Below are positions 46,183 through 53,849 of a stretch of DNA of 64,000 nucleotides, in pieces. The stretch's first letter is position 1. The number at the start of each line of letters is the position of its first letter. A program made the position numbers and the translations under genes. Below the pieces are notes generated by a model. That model worked only from the letters and a program-made list of their open reading frames with translations. It was not told the DNA's origin and ran no database searches. Origin of the DNA: a bacterium. GTDB taxonomy: Bacteria > Planctomycetota > UBA8108 > UBA1146. Location of the stretch: contig JAPOLY010000002.1 of assembly GCA_029976805.1 (NCBI GenBank), forward strand, positions 23,502-87,501. The letters run 5' to 3'.

Positions 46183-47139
46183 ATGAAGTCAGCTCTGACA
46201 GGGATCCTGTTTCTGTGCCTTTTGATGTTCGTTGCGACCCCCTTCCTTTCTGCGACCGAAAAGGCCGCCGAAGGTCTTTCCTGGGAAACGGATATCTCCG
46301 TTGCCATGGAGAAGGCCAAAAAGGAGGGCAAGGACATTCTGATCAACTTCACCGGCAGTGACTGGTGCGGCTGGTGCAAAAAACTCGACGCCGAGGTTTT
46401 CTCCAAGCCGGACTTTGATGCCACTGCAGGCAAGCAGTTCGTCTACCTTTACCTGGATTTCCCCCAGGCTGAAGAGCTGAAAGCCAAAGTGGTTGACCCC
46501 AAAATGAATGACAAGCATCGCGATGAGATGGGAGTCAACGGGTACCCCACCATCATGCTCGCCGATGCCATGATGCGCCCTTACGGTCGTACCGGATACC
46601 TTCCGGGTGGACCCGAAGCTTATCTCAAGAATCTCGAGGAGTTGCGTACCGAAGGAGACAAGCTGAGGAAGATGCTTGTCGCTGAAGATGCGGAAGCCGG
46701 CAAGATGCTCGCTGACGTTTTTGGCGTGTTGAGCAAAAACGAGCTTCTCGGATACCCCGGATATTCCAAGTATCTGGAGATGGCTGAGAAATCTGACAAC
46801 GCCGATCTGAAAAAATTGGTCGCCGCCCACAAGTCCAACATGCGTCTCAAAGAGTTGATGAACACCCGCGAGCCGGACTTCCCGACACTGGTCGCTTTCC
46901 TGACCGAAAACCCGGAGGCCAGCGGACCGGATGCCCTCAATGCTCTCTGGTTTGCCCACCAGTGGTTGGCTGAGCAAGATCGCAGGGACGAGGCCAAAGC
47001 TTTCCTGAATCGCATGCTCAAAGATCCTCTGGTCGCCGACAATCCTCAGGGCAAGCAGATGATCGAACAGGCCATCCACAATCTGGACCATCCTGACGGA
47101 AACCATGACCACGACGGTGACGGGGTTCCCGACCACTAG
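46183..47139 (+). CDS. Secreted thioredoxin-family protein with a His/Asp-rich C-terminal tail
   Basis: Signal peptide MKSALTGILFLCLLMFVATPFLSA. FTGSDWCGWCKKLD (CxxC). Tail HPDGNHDHDGDGVPDH. The mirror ORF 46189..47136 on the minus strand has no recognisable motif. Confidence 0.8.
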   Translation: MKSALTGILFLCLLMFVATPFLSATEKAAEGLSWETDISVAMEKAKKEGKDILINFTGSDWCGWCKKLDAEVFSKPDFDATAGKQFVYLYLDFPQAEELKAKVVDPKMNDKHRDEMGVNGYPTIMLADAMMRPYGRTGYLPGGPEAYLKNLEELRTEGDKLRKMLVAEDAEAGKMLADVFGVLSKNELLGYPGYSKYLEMAEKSDNADLKKLVAAHKSNMRLKELMNTREPDFPTLVAFLTENPEASGPDALNALWFAHQWLAEQDRRDEAKAFLNRMLKDPLVADNPQGKQMIEQAIHNLDHPDGNHDHDGDGVPDH

Positions 47140-47160
47140 GCCGGCCTCCCGTACACATTG

Positions 47161-47201
47161 AAACGGAGGGTGGATCCCCGGGGATCCACCCTCCGTTTTT
47201 T
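47161..47201 (+). terminator. Rho-independent terminator
   Basis: AAACGGAGGGTGGATCCCCGGGGATCCACCCTCCGTTTTTT: long perfect palindromic stem followed by a T-run. Confidence 0.9.
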
Positions 47202-47263
47202 GATGCCTGATCTACAAATTGGATCACTTCTGCCCGTAAACCGACTGATCAGCATTCTCGAAA

Positions 47264-49171
47264 TTGCGCCCAGTCGTTATGATCGTGAGCAGAAGAGGGA
47301 GCAATACTTTGGCCAGGGACACCAAGCCCAAACCAGGATGTGAAGGATTTCGCCGATCCGGCAACCGGACCCCCGGTCGTTCGGGAAAGCGACGGGCATG
47401 GGTTCTCGGATTTGTCCATCTCCTCATCGCAGGCCATCTGATTCACTGGTGGGTCACGGGGCGCACCCTCTCTCCTATCGAACCTTCAGAGAGTATGTAC
47501 ACTCTCGAAAATGGTCAGGTGAATGCGGGCTTCATCTTTTTTGTGGTCGCCATCTTGTCGACCGCAGTACTGGGGCGGTGGTTCTGTGGCTGGGCATGTC
47601 ACATGGTGGCACTCCAGGACCTGTGTGGCTGGATGATGAAAAAAGTCGGAATCACGCCCCGCCCCTTCCGCAGCCGCCTGCTCTCCCTGATCCCCTTCAT
47701 TCTCGCCTTCTACATGTTTCTCTGGCCCACCTTCAAACGGGAAGTGTTTCCCATCATTGAATCTTTCCTTCCGGGAGTGACCTCGTGGTTCGCCCCCGTG
47801 AAAGCATGGCCGGGATTCAGCAACCACCTTTTCGTGGAAGATTTCTGGGCCACATTCCCTTCGGTCATCGTCTCGATTCCATTCTTTCTGATCTGCGGGT
47901 TCGTCGTGGTCTACCTTCTGGGGGCCAAAGGTTTCTGTACTTATGGGTGCCCCTATGGAGCCTTCTTCAACATTGCTGACCGTGTCTCACCGATGCGCAT
48001 CGTCGCAGACATGTCGAAGTGTGAATCGTGTGGATTGTGCACGGCAAACTGCACCTCCAATGTTCAGATCTCCCGTGAAATCCGGGTTCATGAGCAGGTG
48101 GTCGATCCGGGCTGCATGAAGTGCCTCGACTGCGTGGATGTCTGCCCCAACAGCGTGCTTTCATTTGGTTTGGGGAAGCCAGGACTCTTGGCGAGCAAAG
48201 GTCCTGAAGCAAAAAAAATCGCCCGAAAATCTCAGCTCTCCTGGGGTGGTGAACTGGCACTCGCATTGGTGTTTGCCCTGAGCTGGTTCAGTTGGCGTGG
48301 AGTCTATGAGCAAGTCCCCCTGCTGATGGCCACCGGGATCGCACTGATGGTGACGTTTCTGAGTTGGAAAGCAGCTCAGTTGTTGAAGGAGAAGGATGTT
48401 TCCCTGCAGCAACAGCCCCTTCGGAGATCCGGGAGGTGGACTTCATCCGGCAAGTGGGTTCTCGTCACGGCTTTCCTCTGCCTGACGATGACGGCCTCTG
48501 CAGGGAAATCCCGTTGGGACCTCCAGCAGTCCTCCCAATGGATGGAGAAAGCGGCGGTCAATCTGGATCAGGTCTTTTTGCCGGGGAAACCTCCGGTCCC
48601 AGCCGAAGCCATCTCCGCGGCTGAAAGTGCGCTCGGGTTTTTACACTCACAACTCTCTGTCACCCGGGGTGGATTCGCCCTCTTTGAGCCGGAGGGGACC
48701 CGCCTTGAAGAACGACTCGGTTACATGAGCGCCGTGTCCGGTGATCTCGCTGAGGCCAAAAGATGGTGGAGCAGCGCTCTCGAAGAACCTCTCGAACCGA
48801 GCCACGATCTGGTGTTGCGTTTTGGCCAACTGATTGAAAAGCAGGAGGGCCCGAAGGCATTGGCCGACTGGCTGAACTCCTCCAGAGAGCGCTGGGGGTT
48901 AATCCCTCCCCTTGTCACTCTTCGGGGAATTCTGGCGCAGAAACAGGCTACTGCCTCTGTTCAGAATGGAAGCTACTTTGCTGCGGCCCTGCACTTGGAA
49001 GCCCTGATCCCCTGGATCGGACCCAACCCCGGCTTGCTCGATGACATGGGTCGACTGCTCGACTCAGCGGTCCCGAGTCAGGAAGTTGACGAGATGCGTC
49101 AACGCCTCAGCCAACTTCGATCCAACAACGTTATTCCGGGATCCACTTCAGGGACGGTTCAGGAAGACTGA
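47264..49171 (+). CDS. Polytopic 4Fe-4S binding membrane protein (CcoG/FixG/NapH-like N-part) with a long C-terminal helical domain of unknown function
   Basis: RWFCGWACHMVALQDL, GFCTYGCPYGAFFN, CESCGLCTANCTS and CMKCLDCVDVCPN. Start uncertain. Confidence 0.7.
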   Translation: MRPVVMIVSRRGSNTLARDTKPKPGCEGFRRSGNRTPGRSGKRRAWVLGFVHLLIAGHLIHWWVTGRTLSPIEPSESMYTLENGQVNAGFIFFVVAILSTAVLGRWFCGWACHMVALQDLCGWMMKKVGITPRPFRSRLLSLIPFILAFYMFLWPTFKREVFPIIESFLPGVTSWFAPVKAWPGFSNHLFVEDFWATFPSVIVSIPFFLICGFVVVYLLGAKGFCTYGCPYGAFFNIADRVSPMRIVADMSKCESCGLCTANCTSNVQISREIRVHEQVVDPGCMKCLDCVDVCPNSVLSFGLGKPGLLASKGPEAKKIARKSQLSWGGELALALVFALSWFSWRGVYEQVPLLMATGIALMVTFLSWKAAQLLKEKDVSLQQQPLRRSGRWTSSGKWVLVTAFLCLTMTASAGKSRWDLQQSSQWMEKAAVNLDQVFLPGKPPVPAEAISAAESALGFLHSQLSVTRGGFALFEPEGTRLEERLGYMSAVSGDLAEAKRWWSSALEEPLEPSHDLVLRFGQLIEKQEGPKALADWLNSSRERWGLIPPLVTLRGILAQKQATASVQNGSYFAAALHLEALIPWIGPNPGLLDDMGRLLDSAVPSQEVDEMRQRLSQLRSNNVIPGSTSGTVQED

Positions 49172-50121
49172 TCTTCTCCAGTCAGTTTCAGGTAGGCCTG
49201 CTCAAGACTTGCTCCCTCACGCACTTCATGGGGAGGCAAGCCCTTCTCTACCAGAAAACGGTACAGCTGAGACAAGGCGCCATTGAGGCCATTTTCCTGA
49301 TCCGCATTCAGACTGACCGTCAGTTGCTGGTCAGAGAACTCCACTTCGTTGATGTGGCTCAACTGCTTCAGCTCAACGACCAATTCCACCTCCACCTTTG
49401 CATCGAGGTGTATCTCAAAGCGGCGCGCCCGTCGTGTGACCTCTTCCACGGTACCACTGGAAATTAACTCGCCACCGACGATCACACCGACGGAATCGAT
49501 GAGGTCCTGTAACTCCAACAGGTTGTGCGAGGAAACGATGACCAGCGAAGATTCTGCCAACTCCCGCATCAGATGACGAATCTGACGTGCGTTGGCGGGG
49601 TCGAGGCCGGCTGTCGGCTCATCGAGGAGGACGATTTCAGGCTTGGCGAGAATCGCCTGAGCCACACCGAGTCTCTTGCCCATTCCATGAGAGAGAACAG
49701 CGGCTCCCCGAAAAAGTTCTGTCTCGAGGCCCACCCGCTGCATCACTTCGCGAACGCGCTGCTCCGCCACTTCCCCTTGATAACCATCCAGTTTCAACAG
49801 AAACAGAAGTTGATCAAAGATGGAGATGTCTCTGGCGAAGATGGCGTCCTGAGGCATGACGCCCACCCGACTCATGAGGGCAGAAGCCACGGGACTCGAT
49901 TCCCCCAATACTGAAATCGTCCCCTTCTGCAAAGTCAGGAACCCGGCGATCAGGGAAAACAGTGTCGTCTTGCCTGCACCATTGGGCCCGACCAGTCCGA
50001 CGATGCCTTTTTGGGGCAGAACCCAATCGATGTCCTTCAGGGCCTGCTTATCACCAAAGTGATGACTCAAGCCGCTGATGCGAATGGCTTCACCGGTGGT
50101 CACTTCAGAAGAGTTGCTCAA
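49159..50121 (-). CDS. ABC transporter ATP-binding protein
   Basis: Walker A GPNGAGKTT, signature LSHGMGKRL, Walker B IVLLDEPTAGLD. Confidence 0.9.
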   Translation of the reverse strand: MSNSSEVTTGEAIRISGLSHHFGDKQALKDIDWVLPQKGIVGLVGPNGAGKTTLFSLIAGFLTLQKGTISVLGESSPVASALMSRVGVMPQDAIFARDISIFDQLLFLLKLDGYQGEVAEQRVREVMQRVGLETELFRGAAVLSHGMGKRLGVAQAILAKPEIVLLDEPTAGLDPANARQIRHLMRELAESSLVIVSSHNLLELQDLIDSVGVIVGGELISSGTVEEVTRRARRFEIHLDAKVEVELVVELKQLSHINEVEFSDQQLTVSLNADQENGLNGALSQLYRFLVEKGLPPHEVREGASLEQAYLKLTGEDQSS

Positions 50122-51044
50122 AGGTCAGCCCTCCGGAATCTCCATGCAGCAAGAGTCATGAACAGAAGACTGTGGCCCAACGAATATGCCACGGCGGTGA
50201 AAACCTTGTCTCCGTCAGGAGAGAGCAGCTCGTGCGAGTATCCCCAGGGCAGCAGATACAGAAGATTACCAAGGGGATCCCATGCCTCCTGGAGACTGAG
50301 TGACAGCAACGGTGTCCCCACCGTGGCTCCCACTGCAGCAAGGAGAGCGACCATCGGGACCCTGAAGACCGCAGAACAAAGAACTCCAAGGGAAACATAG
50401 GGGGTCGCCAGACAACATAAAGAAAAAAGGCAACGTCCCGCCCATGGCACCATCGATTCAGTCGCCTCCGGAGGCAACATGATCGACAGATAGACCACGA
50501 CTGAGAACAAGAGCAGCAGTATCAAAACCCATGACAGGAACAGAGTCCCCAGCCAGCGCCCCACCAACAGGGACAGGCGGCTGGTTCGGGGAAGGAGATA
50601 GCGAACCGTTCTGTGTTGGACATCGCTGGAGATCGCCGTGAATGAACCCAGCGGCAAAATCAGAGGGAGGACCACTCCCAACAGCAATACCGTGATCGAC
50701 AGCAACATCGGATTATCCAGGATCAGATACCGTGCCCACATACCCAGATCGATCAGGTCTCCGGATTCCATTCGAGAGAGAATATCCGTGTCCGGTGGAA
50801 GATTTTCATCTTCCACGCCCATACGCAAACTTGCCGTCGCAAGGGCAAACCCGATGGCCTTGCTTGCGGATTCACTAAACTCTTCAGCTGTCGTAAACCC
50901 CAACTCCACAGGAGTGATCGAGAGATTCGCCAGTGATAAACCGATCAAGATCGTCAGAAAGATGAAGGCGACTCCCGAGCCGGTCCGCAAGGAGTGAATG
51001 ATCAGTTTTTGTGCATGGAGAAGAACATGACGAAATTGAATCAT
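50118..51044 (-). CDS. ABC-2 type transporter permease
   Basis: Six predicted TM helices. ATGA overlaps with the ATPase gene and the upstream membrane protein gene. Confidence 0.65.
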   Translation of the reverse strand: MIQFRHVLLHAQKLIIHSLRTGSGVAFIFLTILIGLSLANLSITPVELGFTTAEEFSESASKAIGFALATASLRMGVEDENLPPDTDILSRMESGDLIDLGMWARYLILDNPMLLSITVLLLGVVLPLILPLGSFTAISSDVQHRTVRYLLPRTSRLSLLVGRWLGTLFLSWVLILLLLFSVVVYLSIMLPPEATESMVPWAGRCLFSLCCLATPYVSLGVLCSAVFRVPMVALLAAVGATVGTPLLSLSLQEAWDPLGNLLYLLPWGYSHELLSPDGDKVFTAVAYSLGHSLLFMTLAAWRFRRADL

Positions 51045-51625
51045 CCGGATTTCCCCTGAGCTTGAAGAAAGTCACGGCGAAAAATCACATGGAGCATGAA
51101 GATCAGGAAGAGAGGGTAGAAAATTTGGCGTGCAATGGAGAGTCCACTTCCCCTGAGATACGTTTCCGGCAACCAGTCGATGTTCAAAATGTAAAAGGCT
51201 GCCAAAGCGACGCCGCCGAGGGTGCCGAGCCAACGCCCGATCAAATTGCTGCGCTTCAGCAATCCCCAAATCGAAACCAGAAGCAGCAGTGTTGCTACCA
51301 ATCCGATCAGGGCGAGGATTTGCAGATCCATGGGAGTGAGCCCCTCATCGAGGAGAGAATTCAGGTATCTTCGACGCCAGCCCCGGCCCCGCACCTCGCC
51401 CTCTGCCACCTCCATGAGATCATAGGAAGTCATGAATCGCTGGATCGTCGTTCCACCGACGGCAAGAGCAAAGAACCCATTGAGAACAGAGAGAGCGGTC
51501 AGCCCACCGGGACGATCACTCGCTGCCAACGGCGTTTTCCCCGAGAAGCATCCGCAGTTCAGAAACGTGCTCAGACTCCAGAGCCACCTGTTGACGTGCG
51601 AACTCCTCGAGAACCACGTCCCCAC
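51041..51625 (-). CDS. Small integral membrane protein, start uncertain
   Basis: Hydrophobic helices (ILALIGLVATLLLLVSIWGLL, LGGVALAAFYILNI, IFYPLFLIFMLHVIF). The 5' part of the ORF overlaps the ferritin-like gene, so the true start may be the Met at 51433. Confidence 0.5.
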   Translation of the reverse strand: MGTWFSRSSHVNRWLWSLSTFLNCGCFSGKTPLAASDRPGGLTALSVLNGFFALAVGGTTIQRFMTSYDLMEVAEGEVRGRGWRRRYLNSLLDEGLTPMDLQILALIGLVATLLLLVSIWGLLKRSNLIGRWLGTLGGVALAAFYILNIDWLPETYLRGSGLSIARQIFYPLFLIFMLHVIFRRDFLQAQGKSG

Positions 51626-51965
51626 TACCCTCTACCACCTCGAGAAACTCTTTGTACGCATCCAGAGCCGCCTGCTCAAAGAGCAGTGCCGTTTGAAGAG
51701 CTTCGACACCCGTGCACTTTTCACCCGTCAACTCGAGATTGATTTTGGGTTTTGGGGTTCCCCCCACCTGAAGAATCTTCTCGGAAACCTGCTGTGCATG
51801 CTCGACCGTTTCTTCATGATTTTCCTGAAGCACCTTTTGGATGACCAATCGATCGATTCCCTGAACCAGTGTGCCCAGATGCAAGTATCGGATCGAAGCT
51901 TCCAACTCTTCCGCCAACAATTCATTCAGGCGGCTCAAAGCAACCTCGCGGGAATATTCACTCAT
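51516..51965 (-). CDS. Ferritin-like diiron domain protein (bacterioferritin/Dps-like)
   Basis: Four-helix diiron pattern ELEASIRYLH, EETVEHAQ, FEQAALDAY and LESEHVSEL. Start MSEYSREV at 51965 overlaps the regulator stop by 8 nt. The track ORF extends to 52082. Confidence 0.75.
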   Translation of the reverse strand: MSEYSREVALSRLNELLAEELEASIRYLHLGTLVQGIDRLVIQKVLQENHEETVEHAQQVSEKILQVGGTPKPKINLELTGEKCTGVEALQTALLFEQAALDAYKEFLEVVEGSGDVVLEEFARQQVALESEHVSELRMLLGENAVGSE

Positions 51966-52515
51966 CGTCTTTATCCTTGCTTTGCTCTTCAGACCTGCTC
52001 TGCAATCGCTCGGAGATGGTCTCGATCTCTTTTCCTGGGAACGCCTCAACCCGGCCTTCACGGATGCTGTCCTCGAGAGCATTCACTTGCCGGTCACGAT
52101 CCGAAGAAGAATCCGAAGCATCTTCTCTTCGATCGATGTAAATCGCCAGCGCCTCAGCAGTCAGATCGCTGACCAGGTGCTCAATCTTGCAGGCGTCCAT
52201 TTCCGCCAGATCCGCGGGCAGGCCGAGGGATTTTTCCAAAAACGCCTTAAACAGGACCCGCTTGGTGTGAATTCCCCGTGCAATCCGCTGGCCTTCATCA
52301 GAAAGCCCCAAATGCTTGTGCTGGTCTTCCACCACCAGCCCTCTTTGCCGGAGCCCCTTGAGGGAGACGGAAACACTTCCGCGGGTGATACCCAGCTTTC
52401 GGGCAACATCCGACACTCGGGCATACCCCTGATCTTCCAGGAGTTGCTGAATCGCCGTCAAATGGTGGGCAGCGGAATGACTTACGGGGTTCTGATCGAA
52501 CTCTCGCCAATCCAT
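51958..52515 (-). CDS. DtxR/MntR-family metal-dependent transcriptional regulator
   Basis: From MDWREF: wHTH segment YARVSDVARKLGITRGSVSVSLKGLRQRGLV, then a dimerisation/metal-site helix region and an acidic tail. GAGGAGGAGG RBS upstream. The track ORF extends to 52773. Confidence 0.8.
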   Translation of the reverse strand: MDWREFDQNPVSHSAAHHLTAIQQLLEDQGYARVSDVARKLGITRGSVSVSLKGLRQRGLVVEDQHKHLGLSDEGQRIARGIHTKRVLFKAFLEKSLGLPADLAEMDACKIEHLVSDLTAEALAIYIDRREDASDSSSDRDRQVNALEDSIREGRVEAFPGKEIETISERLQSRSEEQSKDKDDE

Positions 52516-52532
52516 TCGCACCTCCTCCTCTT

Positions 52533-52548
52533 GTTTGGGTACCCAAAC
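52533..52548. promoter_or_regulatory. Perfect 16-bp palindrome GTTTGGGTACCCAAAC, candidate operator (copy 1 of 3)
   Basis: Lies 18 nt upstream of the DtxR-family regulator start, in the intergenic region shared with divergent feoA. Related copies at 58921..58936 and 60308..60323. Confidence 0.55.
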
Positions 52549-52705
52549 GGGTTGATGAGCACTCAAACAGCATGTAAAAATAGGCCTGTTGAGCACTGTG
52601 TTCCTGGATCTGCAGATTAATGCCCGATTCACGTAAGGACAAGTGTTCGTAAAAGTTGCGAGGCTCACTTGAGCCTTCATCTCAGGACTTTCGAACTGGA
52701 GATCC

Positions 52706-53008
52706 ATGCAAACCGGCAACCCCAGCCCTGAAAAGAGTGTGCGACCCTCGCTGGAACAGGCGGCTCTCAGCACGTCTGCTCAGGTCAGATCACTCTTCGA
52801 CATGAAATTGGGAGATCGGGGCCGCCTGGTAGAAGAGTCGATCCCCCAGAATCAGCGCCCCCTCCTGGAAGCGATGGGCATGTGCGGGGATTGTGAACTC
52901 CGGGTTTGCCACAATTCCGGTTCCTGTATTCTGGAGATCGACGGACAAAGGGTAGGGCTCAGCGAAGAGATCGCCTCTTCCCTTCGGGTTCTCCCCCTGG
53001 ACAGTTGA
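52706..53008 (+). CDS. feoA: FeoA family protein
   Basis: FeoA/SH3-like pattern LFDMKLGDRGRLVEE...LLEAMGMCGDCELRV...ILEIDGQRVGLSEEIASSLRV. Confidence 0.75.
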   Translation: MQTGNPSPEKSVRPSLEQAALSTSAQVRSLFDMKLGDRGRLVEESIPQNQRPLLEAMGMCGDCELRVCHNSGSCILEIDGQRVGLSEEIASSLRVLPLDS

Positions 53009-53133
53009 TCCAGATTTCCTTCCTTGAACACGCTTTCCTTTCACAAATCTGATTCATTGTTTTTACAACCGCAAAGTAGTCTACATTCCGTAGTCTGCAT
53101 TCCAGTGTTGATTTTCAGGGTTGAACAGGGTGG

Positions 53134-53823
53134 GTGAAGACTGACATGACCCGATTCTACAAGCAGTCCGGATTTACCCTTGCTCGCTCCAACACCTCCA
53201 CCCGTTGGCTCCTAACGCTCTTTTTTCTGACCGTCATCGCTGGCTGTGTCGTTGCTGCAGTTCAGTACTCCAGCAGTGCAGGAGGATTCTCCGTCGACAA
53301 TGCCCGAGAATGGGTTCTGGGCAATGAGGACGACCTCGATGCTGAAGAATTGATGTCCGAAAAAACTCCCAGGGAACTGCTCTCCTTTATTCATGACCAT
53401 ATCTTCTCTCTGGGAATGTTGCTCTTCGTTGTCCTGCACCTGTTTGAACTGACTCCCTGGTCGACTGGGGTCAAGGTCACCCTTTCCTTCACAGGCTTTG
53501 GAAGTCTTGTCGGGTTGCTCTTCTCACCCCTCGCCATTGCTTCCGGAAGTTCAATGGCACTCTTCACCCAGATCATCGGTGGAAGCCTTCTGTTGCTCAG
53601 TCTGGTACTGGGATCTTTGGCGTGCCTCGACGAGCTGTGGTGGGCCCCTCGCCGAAGAAATCGAGCGGGCAAGGCCGATCCCCCGGCATCAAATCCGCTC
53701 TTTCCGGCCAAAGGCTCGGGAAAGCCTGACTCGGACAACCCTGACTCGGGAAGCTGCCCCATGGGCTTTGGATCGGATCAAAAAAATCCCGGGAAACCTT
53801 CCTCAGAAGATTCCCCGGGATAA
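53134..53823 (+). CDS. Membrane protein of unknown function (about 4 TM helices, Pro/Gly/Ser-rich C-tail)
   Basis: ORF with hydrophobic helices, directly downstream of feoA. No motif recognised. Confidence 0.5.
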   Translation: MKTDMTRFYKQSGFTLARSNTSTRWLLTLFFLTVIAGCVVAAVQYSSSAGGFSVDNAREWVLGNEDDLDAEELMSEKTPRELLSFIHDHIFSLGMLLFVVLHLFELTPWSTGVKVTLSFTGFGSLVGLLFSPLAIASGSSMALFTQIIGGSLLLLSLVLGSLACLDELWWAPRRRNRAGKADPPASNPLFPAKGSGKPDSDNPDSGSCPMGFGSDQKNPGKPSSEDSPG

Positions 53824-53849
53824 TCCATGACGCATGGGAATGCGTGGCT

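Noticed and set aside
46189-47136. 315-aa minus-strand ORF that almost exactly mirrors the thioredoxin-like gene
   Set aside because: It is a shadow ORF. The plus-strand product has a signal peptide and a WCGWC thioredoxin motif, while the minus-strand translation has no motif and an odd composition.
51966-52773. N-terminal extensions of the ferritin-like ORF (to 52082) and the DtxR-like ORF (to 52773) as given in the ORF track
   Set aside because: The extensions have no homology-like features and would overlap the upstream gene or promoter. Internal Met starts (51965 and 52515) have better context, and 52515 follows a GAGGAGGAGG RBS.
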